DNA of 36,561 nucleotides. Origin: Candidatus Omnitrophica bacterium CG11_big_fil_rev_8_21_14_0_20_63_9 (GTDB lineage: Bacteria; Omnitrophota; Gorgyraeia; Aquiviventales; Aquiviventaceae). This document shows positions 8,916 to 17,453 of the stretch, piece after piece. The notes under the pieces are model-generated. The model did not search any database. It saw nothing but the letters and a program-made list of their open reading frames with translations, and had not been told where the DNA came from. How positions within the stretch are numbered: the stretch's first letter is position 1; each line of letters starts with the position of its first letter. The position numbers and the translations under genes were made by a program. The stretch is from contig PCVX01000006.1 in the NCBI GenBank assembly GCA_002796105.1, forward strand, positions 4,456 through 41,016, read 5' to 3'.

Positions 8916-9413
8916 ATGCCTCTCGCCATCCGCCGATTCCCCGACTCGATCCTCAAAGAGCGCACGAAATCTGTCGATGAAATCGACACCCGCGTGCGAG
9001 CGCTCATCAATCGGATGATCGATCTCATGCGCCGTCAGCCGCACTGCGTCGGCTTAGCCGCGCCGCAAATCGGCAGCAGCGCGCGCATTGCGGTCATGGA
9101 CGCCACCGGCCATCCGAAGGTGAAGGAAAGCCGCGGCCTCATCGTCCTGGTGAACCCGTTGGTCGAGCAGGCCGAGGGCCGGGTGGTGGGACGCGAAGGG
9201 TGCTTGTCCGTGCCGGACTTCACCGGTAACGTAGCCCGCGCCGCGCGCGTGCGCGTCACGGCGCTGGATCAGTTCAGGGTGCGCTTTACGGTGACGCTGG
9301 AAGGGTTCGAGGCGGTCGTCGCCCAGCACGAGATCGATCACCTCGACGGCATGCTGTTTCTCGATCGGGTGGTGAGCCCTACCGACGTCTTCCGAAGGAA
9401 GACCTATCTCTAG
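8916..9413 (+). CDS. def: Peptide deformylase
   Basis: GLAAPQ, EGCLS and QHEIDHLDG motifs. Confidence 0.95.
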   Translation: MPLAIRRFPDSILKERTKSVDEIDTRVRALINRMIDLMRRQPHCVGLAAPQIGSSARIAVMDATGHPKVKESRGLIVLVNPLVEQAEGRVVGREGCLSVPDFTGNVARAARVRVTALDQFRVRFTVTLEGFEAVVAQHEIDHLDGMLFLDRVVSPTDVFRRKTYL

Positions 9414-10276
9414 TTAGTTTTGACCGGTTCGATGACGTTCAGGCGGGGGATCGAGGGGATCAGGTCTGCGGCATGGGCGCGCTCGAAGAGCAGTTTGAGC
9501 GCTTCGCGGCAGGGCTTGGAGAGCGTGAGCGATTCCTCGTTGACATACATGCCGATGAATTGGCGCGAGCGGTTGAGGTCGGTGCCGCGCCCGTAGCGCA
9601 TGGCGTAGGCGAGCGCGTCGTCCTGGTGCGCGAACGCGTACAGGATGCTATCGCGCAGCACCGTGGCGACTTGCTGCGCGACCTTGCGCTTGAGCGACTT
9701 TTTAATCACGTTCAGCCCTAAGGGCAGCGGCAAGTGCGCCTGCTGCTGCCACCAAAGCCCCAAGTCCAAGACCGGCAGCAGCCCGGCGTCCCGGTAGGTC
9801 AGCTGCCACTCGTGGATGACTAATCCCGCCTCGACCTCGCCTTTCAGGACCGCCTGAGGCACTTGCTCAAAGGGCATCTCCACCGCCTCGAACTCAGGGA
9901 TCGCCAAGCGCAGCAGCAAGTAGGCGGTTGTCTGCTGTCCCGGCACGGCGATGCGACGACCTCGCAATTCTTCTGGGCTCTTGGGGGTTTGAGAAATGAC
10001 GAGCGGCCCGTAGCCTTGCCCGACGCTGGAGCCGACCGACACGATCCAGTAATCTTTCGAGAGCACCGGATAGCTGGCGGCTGAAATCGCGGTCATTTCA
10101 AGGTCGGCACTCAGCGCGCGCGCGTTGAGCGTTTGGATATCCTCGATGACGTGCTCGAACTGGAAGCCGTTGACCGGCACCGCGCCCGCGGCGATGGCAT
10201 AGAACATGAACGCATCGTCCATGTCCGGCGTGTGGCCGACTCGAATAAGCTTGGGGGTAGAGGTGGTCAGGCCCAT
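9410..10276 (-). CDS. mqnD: 1,4-dihydroxy-6-naphthoate synthase MqnD
   Basis: GHTPDMDDAFMFY, DIQTLN, GYGPLV, PGQQTTA, GLVIHE, LPLPLG and IGMYVN motifs. Confidence 0.92.
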   Translation of the reverse strand: MGLTTSTPKLIRVGHTPDMDDAFMFYAIAAGAVPVNGFQFEHVIEDIQTLNARALSADLEMTAISAASYPVLSKDYWIVSVGSSVGQGYGPLVISQTPKSPEELRGRRIAVPGQQTTAYLLLRLAIPEFEAVEMPFEQVPQAVLKGEVEAGLVIHEWQLTYRDAGLLPVLDLGLWWQQQAHLPLPLGLNVIKKSLKRKVAQQVATVLRDSILYAFAHQDDALAYAMRYGRGTDLNRSRQFIGMYVNEESLTLSKPCREALKLLFERAHAADLIPSIPRLNVIEPVKTN

Positions 10277-10974
10277 TCCTCGTAGTGGAGTTTTTCTTTC
10301 GGCACGCCGAAGCTTTCCAGGTCCTTGCAGATGGCCTTGACGACCTCCAGCCACCCGCACAGGTAGATTTCCTTGTTCGCGAAGTCAGTGATGTGTTTTT
10401 GGAACGTCTGCTGGATGTGGCCGGTCTCGCCATGCCACTCTTTCGGGCGGCTGACCGTCGGGACGTAGTGGAAGTTGCGGCGCAGGCCGGCCAGCGACCT
10501 GAATTCCGATTCGTACAACAGCGCGTGCTCGTAGCGCGTGCCAAACAGCAGCCACACGTTGCCGGTAAAATTGACCTGGAAGAGGTGCTTGATCATCGAG
10601 CGCAGCGGGGCGACGCCGGTGCCGGTAGCCATGAAGACCGGCTCGTAGTCCAAGGGCTCTTTCAGCAGAAAATTCCCATGCGGGCCGGACAGGCTCACCG
10701 GGTCGCCTTCCTTCAGCTGCCAGAAGTACGTCGAGGCGATGCCCCCCTCCGCTTTCTGGATGCATAGCTCCAGGGTAAAGGGCTCGTGCGGCGCTGAGGC
10801 GATGGAGTAGGCGCGTTTCACGGTCTTGCCTTCGTGCGGCACGTTGATGATGATGAACTGGCCGGCTTTAAAGGGCAGTTGCGGTGGCTCCTGCAGCCGG
10901 AAGCGGAAGCTGCGGACGTTGTACGACAAGCTTTCAATGTGCTCTGTGGTGGCTCGATACGCTGTTGCGGGCAT
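10267..10974 (-). CDS. FNR-type FAD/NAD(P)-binding oxidoreductase
   Basis: FKAGQF, RAYSIAS, GGIAS, GPHGNF, ATGTGVAP and YLCG motifs. True start is ATG 10974; the longer ORF extension is antisense to mutY/mutT. Confidence 0.9.
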   Translation of the reverse strand: MPATAYRATTEHIESLSYNVRSFRFRLQEPPQLPFKAGQFIIINVPHEGKTVKRAYSIASAPHEPFTLELCIQKAEGGIASTYFWQLKEGDPVSLSGPHGNFLLKEPLDYEPVFMATGTGVAPLRSMIKHLFQVNFTGNVWLLFGTRYEHALLYESEFRSLAGLRRNFHYVPTVSRPKEWHGETGHIQQTFQKHITDFANKEIYLCGWLEVVKAICKDLESFGVPKEKLHYEEWA

Positions 10975-11004
10975 GCGTGGCTCGACGATGTCGAAGCGTG
11001 GGGT

Positions 11005-11013
11005 ATTGTAACA
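11005..11013 (-). promoter_or_regulatory. Extended -10 promoter for the reductase-mqnD unit
   Basis: Minus strand reads TGtTACAAT about 30 nt upstream of ATG 10974. Confidence 0.55.
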
Positions 11014-11036
11014 GAAGGCGCAAACCCGCCGCAAGC

Positions 11037-11064
11037 TTGGTGGGCGGCTTGGGCTGCCCACCAA
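11037..11064. repeat. Short palindrome (REP-like) between divergent promoters
   Basis: TTGGTGGGCGGC-TTGG-GCTGCCCACCAA. Confidence 0.55.
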
Positions 11065-11127
11065 CTTCATGACGAGCGTCTCGTTGACGCTTCGCTCACG
11101 CTCTGTTATCGTGATCGCGTCACGTCG

Positions 11128-11823
11128 ATGGCCGCCTCCAGCCCGCTCCGCGCATTTCAACGCCGCCTGCTCGCTTGGTACGCCGTGCACCAGCGCAAGC
11201 TGCCCTGGCGCGAGACCCGCGACCCCTACAAGATCCTCGTCTCCGAGGTCATGCTCCAGCAGACCCAGGTGGATCGGGTCATGCCCAAGTACCACGAGTT
11301 CCTCAGGCGCTATCCGAATCTCGAAGCGCTGGCGAAGGCGCGCGCCGCCGAGCTGCGCCGCGTCTGGTATCCGCTGGGCTACAACGTCCGGCCGATGCGG
11401 CTGCGGCAAATCGCCCGCCGCGCGCTGCGCGACCACGCGGGACGCATCCCGGATTCCTACGACGGGCTGCTGGCGATGGACGGCATCGGCCGCTATACCG
11501 CGGGCGCGGTGCTGAGCTTCGCTTTCGAGCAGGACGCGCCGATCCTCGACACCAACGTGGCGCGGCTGCTGTCGCGCTATTTCAAAGTGCGTGGCGCACC
11601 CAAATCCGGCGGCACGCAGCGTCGGCTGTGGCGGCTCGCCAAAGACGTGATCCCGAAAGGGAAGGGTTACACGATCAATCAGGCGATGATGGACTTCGGG
11701 GCGATGGTCTGCACGGCGCGCGCCCCTCGCTGCGAGGGCTGCGCGCTGCGAAAGAGCTGCCGCAGCTTTCCCTGGCATAATGCCGTCTCTTGTGCGCGTC
11801 CACGCCGCCATCGCGCTCATTGA
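11128..11823 (+). CDS. mutY: A/G-specific adenine glycosylase, short form without the C-terminal domain
   Basis: LPWR, VSEVMLQQT, LGY, HhH GIGRYTA, DTNV, NQAMMDFGA and Fe-S motif C-x6-C-x2-C-x5-C. Confidence 0.9.
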   Translation: MAASSPLRAFQRRLLAWYAVHQRKLPWRETRDPYKILVSEVMLQQTQVDRVMPKYHEFLRRYPNLEALAKARAAELRRVWYPLGYNVRPMRLRQIARRALRDHAGRIPDSYDGLLAMDGIGRYTAGAVLSFAFEQDAPILDTNVARLLSRYFKVRGAPKSGGTQRRLWRLAKDVIPKGKGYTINQAMMDFGAMVCTARAPRCEGCALRKSCRSFPWHNAVSCARPRRHRAH

Positions 11824-12199
11824 GCGCGATGGGCGCATCCTCGTTTGCCGCCGCCGTCTCCGCGGCGTGCTCGGAGGGTATTGGGAATTTCCCGGCGGCA
11901 AACGGCGGCCTGGAGAGACTTGGACGGCGTGCGTGCGGCGGGAGTTGCGGGAAGAGCTGGGTGTTGAGGCCGCAGCGCTGAGGGCCATCGGGACCTTGCG
12001 CCACCGCTATCCTCAGCGCCGGGTGACGTTGCAGGTTTTTCGCTGCCGGATTGGACGAGGAAAGCCTAAGCCATTGTATTCACTAAAGTTACGATGGGTG
12101 TCTCCCGCGGGTCTTCGCCGGTATCGCTTCCCGCCGGCCAATCAGCCGCTGATCGCTCAGCTGGCGTCTGGTTGTGGCATCCGCGGCATCGTGCTATAA
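11780..12199 (+). CDS. mutT: 8-oxo-dGTP diphosphatase (MutT-like Nudix hydrolase)
   Basis: WEFPGGK...GE...RELREELG Nudix box and C-terminal FPPAN. Confidence 0.88.
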   Translation: MPSLVRVHAAIALIERDGRILVCRRRLRGVLGGYWEFPGGKRRPGETWTACVRRELREELGVEAAALRAIGTLRHRYPQRRVTLQVFRCRIGRGKPKPLYSLKLRWVSPAGLRRYRFPPANQPLIAQLASGCGIRGIVL

Positions 12200-12200
12200 T
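12192..12200 (+). promoter_or_regulatory. Extended -10 promoter for iscA
   Basis: TGcTATAAT overlapping the mutT stop codon; AGGAGG SD downstream. Confidence 0.6.
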
Positions 12201-12231
12201 TAACACGCTTGTAGACTGATAGGAGGAAAAA

Positions 12232-12558
12232 ATGATTACGCTCACACCAGCAGCAGCGCAAGAAGCGAAACGGCTGATCGAGAAGGAGCAGAAGCCCAAC
12301 CTCGGGCTTCGCGTCGGCGTCAAAGGCGGCGGCTGTTCGGGTATGACGTACGTGCTTTCCCTGGATGAGGCGACCCCCAAACAGTACGACACCGTTACTG
12401 AGCAGGAAGGCATCAAGCTGATCGTCGATGCCAAAAGCCAGCTCTATCTCGACGGGACGACGATCGACTTCAAGAGCGCCGTCATGGGCGGAGGCTTCGA
12501 GTTCCAAAACCCGATGGCCAAGAAGTCGTGCGGCTGCGGGACGTCTTTTTCGACCTAA
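12232..12558 (+). CDS. iscA: Fe-S cluster assembly A-type carrier (IscA/HesB)
   Basis: GGGCSG and CGCGTSF motifs. Confidence 0.95.
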   Translation: MITLTPAAAQEAKRLIEKEQKPNLGLRVGVKGGGCSGMTYVLSLDEATPKQYDTVTEQEGIKLIVDAKSQLYLDGTTIDFKSAVMGGGFEFQNPMAKKSCGCGTSFST

Positions 12559-12579
12559 TCGTTCCCCAGGCTTGACGCC

Positions 12580-12618
12580 AAGGCTCTCCGGAAGGTTCCC
12601 GGAGAGCCTTTGGTTTTT
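12580..12618 (+). terminator. Intrinsic terminator after iscA
   Basis: AAGGCTCTCCGG / CCGGAGAGCCTT stem followed by TGGTTTTT. Confidence 0.7.
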
Positions 12619-12629
12619 GGCGGTTTTGG

Positions 12630-12659
12630 TTGACACCCTTGCCGCGGCCTGCCTATAGT
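12630..12659 (+). promoter_or_regulatory. Sigma70-type promoter of the mscS-trehalose operon
   Basis: TTGACA-18 nt-TATAGT. Confidence 0.65.
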
Positions 12660-12708
12660 GCCAGAAGAGCTTTTGTTGTTTTTGCCGCCCTTGCCATGAG
12701 GAGTCACG

Positions 12709-13758
12709 ATGGCGCTTGAATACCTGACCCAATTCCCCCCATGGATTCAGCAGATCGCCTTCTCCCTCGTCGCCTTCCTGATGGTCTACCTCGTGGGCCA
12801 GCTCGCCAGCCGCATTCTCTGCCGCCGGCTCAGCATGTTGGCCGAGAAGACCTCCTGGCAGTGGGATGACCTGCTGATTCGTGCCTTGCGCAAGGGCATT
12901 CCGTTGTGGAGCGTCCTGCTGGCTGCGTACGTCTCGGTGGGGTTCTGGAGCCTGCCGGCCCACCTGATGGATGCGCTGGTGCGGGCGATCTACGTCCTGG
13001 CCTGCATCTCGGTTACCTTTATCGCCGCCGGTTTGGCAAGCGATCTGATCGTGCTGTACAGCAGCCAGTTTCAGCACGCGATGCCGGTGACCAGCCTCAC
13101 GCGCCACATCGCCAAGATCACTATTGTCGTGCTGGGACTCCTGATGATCTTGCACGGCATGGGGATCTCGATCACGCCGCTGCTCACCGCGCTGGGTGTT
13201 GGCGGTTTGGCGGTTGCGCTGGCGCTGCAGGACACGTTGTCCAACGTGTTCTCCGGGTTCTACCTGACGATGGCCCGCTCGGTGCGCGTCGGGGACTACA
13301 TCAAGCTGGAGTCCGGCGAGGAAGGGTACGTCGAGGATATCGGCTGGCGCGCCACCAAAATCCGGATGCTGCCGAACAACATGGTCGTCGTGCCCAACAA
13401 TAAGCTGGGCAGCGCGCTGATCACGAATTACTATCTGCCTGACAAGGAGCTGGCGGTCCTGGTGAACATCGGGGTCGATTACGGCAGCAACTTGGAACAG
13501 GTCGAGCGCGTGACGTGCGAAGTGGGCAAAGAGGTGATGCGCTCCGTTACGGGAGGAATCCCCGAATTCGACCCGTTTATCCGCTACCATACCTTCGGCG
13601 AATACAGCATCGATTTCACCGTGATTCTGCGGGGCAAGGAGTTCGTCGACCAATACCTGATCAAGCATGAGTTCGTGAAGCGGCTGCACCTGCGGTATCA
13701 GCAGGAGGGGATCACGATCCCGTTTCCGGTCCGCACGATCCGCCAGGCGGCGGAGTAG
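12709..13758 (+). CDS. mscS: MscS-family mechanosensitive channel
   Basis: LGVGGLAVALALQDTLSN, GDYI, IGWRATKIR, VPN and GITIPFP motifs. Confidence 0.93.
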   Translation: MALEYLTQFPPWIQQIAFSLVAFLMVYLVGQLASRILCRRLSMLAEKTSWQWDDLLIRALRKGIPLWSVLLAAYVSVGFWSLPAHLMDALVRAIYVLACISVTFIAAGLASDLIVLYSSQFQHAMPVTSLTRHIAKITIVVLGLLMILHGMGISITPLLTALGVGGLAVALALQDTLSNVFSGFYLTMARSVRVGDYIKLESGEEGYVEDIGWRATKIRMLPNNMVVVPNNKLGSALITNYYLPDKELAVLVNIGVDYGSNLEQVERVTCEVGKEVMRSVTGGIPEFDPFIRYHTFGEYSIDFTVILRGKEFVDQYLIKHEFVKRLHLRYQQEGITIPFPVRTIRQAAE

Positions 13759-13766
13759 GCCGGCTC

Positions 13767-14597
13767 ATGGCCGACCGTCGTCGGCGGGAGAGGCTCCAGC
13801 ATGTCCTGCGCGGGTGGAACGCCTTCGAGCGGCGCTTGCAGGGCCGACCGATTCAATGGGTGCTGACGGACTTCGACGGCACGCTCGCCCCGATCCGCCG
13901 GCATCCGGATCAGGCCGGCTTAAGCGGCGCTTCGCGCGCTGCGCTGCAGCGGCTGATGCGGGATGTGGGCGTGTCCGTGGCGATCGTCAGCGGCCGCTCC
14001 ATCAGCCAGCTGCGAGCATTGGTCCGGCTTCCCGGCGCCGTGTATATCGGCAACCATGGGCTGGAGATGAGCGGCCCGTCGGTGCGTTTCGTGCATCCCG
14101 GGGCCCGGCGGGCGCGGCCGGTCCTGCGCCGCATCGCCGGGCAGCTGCGGCGCGCGCTCCGGGATGTGCCCGGCAGCCTCGTGGAGGATAAAGGGCTCTC
14201 CTTAAGCGTCCACTGGCGGCGCGTGAGACCGTCGGATGTTGAGCAGTTCTACCGGAAATTGAAAAACGTTCTAGCGCCGTGGGTCCGGCGGCGCGCTGTC
14301 AGGGTGGCGAGGGGCAAGCGGGTGGTGGAAATCCGCCCGCCGGTCGTGTGGCACAAGGGAAGCGCGGTCGAATGGCTGATGAAGCGCTCCGGTTCTTCAA
14401 AGAGTCTTGTGATCATGTTCGGCGATGACCGGACGGACGAGGACGCCTTCCGCGCGGTCAACCGGTGCTTCGGGATCTCGGTGTACGTGGGCCGCCGGCC
14501 GGGCGGGACCGCCGCGCGCTGGCGATTGGACGGGCCGCGCGAAGTCCGCGTGACACTACAGCGACTCTGGGGCCATGGCCATGGACACACAGGCTGA
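13767..14597 (+). CDS. otsB: Trehalose-6-phosphate phosphatase (HAD IIB)
   Basis: DFDGTL, VSGR, GNHGLE, EDKG, HWR, KG and GDDRTDEDAF motifs. Confidence 0.92.
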   Translation: MADRRRRERLQHVLRGWNAFERRLQGRPIQWVLTDFDGTLAPIRRHPDQAGLSGASRAALQRLMRDVGVSVAIVSGRSISQLRALVRLPGAVYIGNHGLEMSGPSVRFVHPGARRARPVLRRIAGQLRRALRDVPGSLVEDKGLSLSVHWRRVRPSDVEQFYRKLKNVLAPWVRRRAVRVARGKRVVEIRPPVVWHKGSAVEWLMKRSGSSKSLVIMFGDDRTDEDAFRAVNRCFGISVYVGRRPGGTAARWRLDGPREVRVTLQRLWGHGHGHTG

Positions 14598-15297
14598 CGT
14601 CGCAACGGCAGGCCTTGGCCCGCATCCCGTCAGGCCCTTCCGTTTTTATACGAGCCTCATCCTACAGGAATCCACCGGCCTTCGGGCGGCGACCTTGGCC
14701 GTACTGCTGAAGCTGCTGCGGACGGTCCCGGAAAGCTGCATTTACCATCACACGCATTTCTTCCTCCTGCAGCACAACTACCTGATTCCGGAGCCGACCA
14801 ACGATTTCGCGTACTGGATCGCCGAAGTGCTCGGCGAGGAAGGGCTGGGCGAGCTGCTGGCCAGCATGGACATCCTGGAGCACCGGACGCTGGCTAGCCT
14901 GCGCGAGGCGCTCATCGAGACGATCGACCGCTATGTGCAGGAGCACCCGACCGCCCGATTGCGCTTCGTCGGAGAGGGCGAGGAGTTTTTCTTCATCAAG
15001 GCGGTGCACGTGATCGTGCCGACCCGGTTTCAGGCCTCCACGCTGGAGGAGTTCGCATACGCGCTGGAGCACGTCAGCCCGGCTTCGCTGTACTTCCACA
15101 TGTTCGACGCGCGGCTTCGCGTCGGGGAGCGCGCGAACGACTTTGCGGTATGGCTGAGCCAGCAGCTGGGCTTGGCCGAGCTTGGCGAGAGCGTTGCGGG
15201 ACTCGACCCCTACGGGCATACACTGGAGGCGCTGCGCGCCATCCTCCTGGGGTTGGTGCGCGAGGAGCTTCGTCGGACCGAGAGCGCCCATGCCTGA
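14575..15297 (+). CDS. DUF5752-like protein associated with trehalose synthase
   Basis: Two internal repeats (CIYHH...NDFAYW and SLYFH...NDFAVW); located directly upstream of treT. Confidence 0.8.
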   Translation: MAMDTQADVATAGLGPHPVRPFRFYTSLILQESTGLRAATLAVLLKLLRTVPESCIYHHTHFFLLQHNYLIPEPTNDFAYWIAEVLGEEGLGELLASMDILEHRTLASLREALIETIDRYVQEHPTARLRFVGEGEEFFFIKAVHVIVPTRFQASTLEEFAYALEHVSPASLYFHMFDARLRVGERANDFAVWLSQQLGLAELGESVAGLDPYGHTLEALRAILLGLVREELRRTESAHA

Positions 15298-16522
15298 CCT
15301 CGCCGCGTACGAGCCGATTGCGGGTCCCAGCGTCGTCAGCGACCTGCGGGAGCTGGCGAAGCGGCTGGCCGGACGCCGGGTGCTCATGGTGAACTCCACT
15401 CGCCTGGGGGGCGGGGTCGCGGAGATTTTGAACCGCATGGTTCCGCTCATGCGGGAGGTGGGCGTCGATGCGCGATGGGACGTGATCGAGGGGACGGACC
15501 CATTCTACCGCGTCACGAAGAAATTCCACAACGCGCTGCACGGCAAGGCCGAAGAAATCCCGCCGGAGATGTTCGAGACGTTCCTCGAGGTCGGGCGCAG
15601 CAATGCGCAGCGGATCGATCTCGACGTCGATATCGCGTTCATCCACGATCCGCAGCCGATCACGCTCGTGGAGCAGCGGCCAAAGCGGCCGGCTGTCAAG
15701 TGGATCTGGCGCTGCCATATCGACGTGTCGCGCCCGATCCGGACGGTGTGGCAGTTCCTCGAGCCGTTCGTGAAGCGATTTGACGCCGCCATCTACTCCT
15801 CGCCGGCGTTCGCCCAGCGCATGGACATGCGCCAGGTGCTGGTTGCGCCCTCGATCGATCCGCTCAGCGAAAAGAACCGGGAATTGACCCCGGAAGAGAT
15901 CGACGCTGTGCTGGCCAGGCTTGGCGTTCCGAAGGACCAGCCTATCATCACGCAGGTCTCGCGGTTCGATTATCTCAAGGACCCGATCGGGGTCATTGAG
16001 GCGTTCAAGCGGGTGCGCAAGTCCGTCAAGTGCCGCCTGGTGTTGGCCGGCGGGACGGCCAGCGACGACCCGGAGGGGGAGGAAGTGCTCGCCAAGGTGC
16101 GGGAGCAAGCCAAGGGCCATCCGGAAATCCACTTGCTCATGCTGCCCGCCGACAGCCACTTGGAGATCAACGCGCTGCAGCGGGCCTCGGCGGTCGTCGT
16201 ACAGAAGTCCATCCGGGAGGGGTTCGGCTTGACGGTCTCTGAAGCGCTCTGGAAAGCTCGCCCGGTTGTGGCGTCGGCGGTGGGCGGAATTCCGCTGCAG
16301 GTCAAGCACGGCTACAGCGGGCTGCTCGTCCACACCGTGGAAGGGGCGGCGCACGCGATCAAGCAGCTGTTGAACAACCCGGCGTACGCCAAGCGGCTGG
16401 GGGAAAACGGGCGCGAACATGTGCGGCAGAATTTCCTGCTGACGCGCCACCTGATGGACTACCTGCTGCTCTTTCTGGCGCTGGACTACCAAACGGAGAC
16501 GATTCGGCTCAATGGCGTATGA
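15290..16522 (+). CDS. treT: Trehalose glycosyltransferring synthase TreT (GT4)
   Basis: NST..GGGVAEIL, FHNALHG, IHDPQP, WRCHID, VSRFD..KDP and EGFGLTVSEA motifs. Confidence 0.92.
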   Translation: MPDLAAYEPIAGPSVVSDLRELAKRLAGRRVLMVNSTRLGGGVAEILNRMVPLMREVGVDARWDVIEGTDPFYRVTKKFHNALHGKAEEIPPEMFETFLEVGRSNAQRIDLDVDIAFIHDPQPITLVEQRPKRPAVKWIWRCHIDVSRPIRTVWQFLEPFVKRFDAAIYSSPAFAQRMDMRQVLVAPSIDPLSEKNRELTPEEIDAVLARLGVPKDQPIITQVSRFDYLKDPIGVIEAFKRVRKSVKCRLVLAGGTASDDPEGEEVLAKVREQAKGHPEIHLLMLPADSHLEINALQRASAVVVQKSIREGFGLTVSEALWKARPVVASAVGGIPLQVKHGYSGLLVHTVEGAAHAIKQLLNNPAYAKRLGENGREHVRQNFLLTRHLMDYLLLFLALDYQTETIRLNGV

Positions 16523-17120
16523 GGTGGTGTTTTTTGATCTGGGCGGCGTGGTGGTGGACGTGGAATCCGACCGGCTGATGCACCAGCTCAGCCAGCTGAT
16601 CGGCAAATCATTCGAAGACGTGCAAGCGGCGGTCTATCACAAGGAGCTGCTGCTGCCCTTCGAGCTCGGGCAAATCGCCGCCCGCGCGTACTATGAAGGC
16701 CTGAAAGGACAGCTCAAATTCTCCTGGACCTACGAGCAATTCGTGCGCGGCTGGACCGGGATTTTCTCGGAGAACCTCGAAGTCCGGCAGATCATGGAGC
16801 GGGTGAGGAAACGGCACAAGCTGCTGGCGCTGACGAACACCAATACGCTGCACCTTGAGTACATCAAGACCCAGGTGACCGCCGCCCCCTTGTTCCACGA
16901 TTGGGTGGCTTCGTGCGAGGTGGGGTACCGCAAGCCGGATCCGCAGATCTATCTGGCCGCCCTGGAGCGTGCGGGGAACATCAGGCCGCAGCAGGCGGTG
17001 TACATCGACGACCGGCCGGAGCTGGTGGAAGCGGGACGGGAAGTCGGCCTCACCGCGATCCGGTTTGAGAATGGCCGCCAGCTCGAGGCCGACCTGCGCG
17101 CCGCCGGCGTGAACATTTAG
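16512..17120 (+). CDS. HAD-family phosphatase (YihX/glucose-1-phosphatase-like)
   Basis: FDLGGV, LTNT, RKPDP and YIDD motifs. Confidence 0.85.
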   Translation: MAYEVVFFDLGGVVVDVESDRLMHQLSQLIGKSFEDVQAAVYHKELLLPFELGQIAARAYYEGLKGQLKFSWTYEQFVRGWTGIFSENLEVRQIMERVRKRHKLLALTNTNTLHLEYIKTQVTAAPLFHDWVASCEVGYRKPDPQIYLAALERAGNIRPQQAVYIDDRPELVEAGREVGLTAIRFENGRQLEADLRAAGVNI

Positions 17121-17125
17121 CCCGT

Positions 17126-17452
17126 ATGCATACCGGCAGGGTGCCGTACCAAAAAATCCTGTTCGTGTGCATCAACAAGCGGGCGCCAAGCGAGGTGTGC
17201 TGCTCGCAACGCGACAGCGAGGCGGTTGCCGAAGCGCTCAAAGCCCGCGTCAAAGCGCTGGGCCTGTCGCGGCATGTGCGCGTCAGCAAGTCCGGCTGCC
17301 AGGACCTGTGCGCGAAAGGCCCCAACGTCATGGTCTTCCCGGACTACGTATGCTACGACGGCGTCACGCTGGACGATGTCGAGCGCATCATCCAAGACGC
17401 CATCCGAGGAACTCAATCCTCGCCCGCCGCTTCGAATCCTGCGCCGACTTGA
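17126..17452 (+). CDS. Thioredoxin-like [2Fe-2S] ferredoxin
   Basis: Cys pattern VCIN...CC...SGCQDLCAKGP..MVFPD. Confidence 0.88.
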   Translation: MHTGRVPYQKILFVCINKRAPSEVCCSQRDSEAVAEALKARVKALGLSRHVRVSKSGCQDLCAKGPNVMVFPDYVCYDGVTLDDVERIIQDAIRGTQSSPAASNPAPT

Positions 17453-17453
17453 T

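Noticed and set aside
10975-11988. N-terminal extension of the 573-aa minus-strand ORF
   Set aside because: It is antisense to mutY/mutT. FNR homology starts at ATG 10974, which has its own -10 element.
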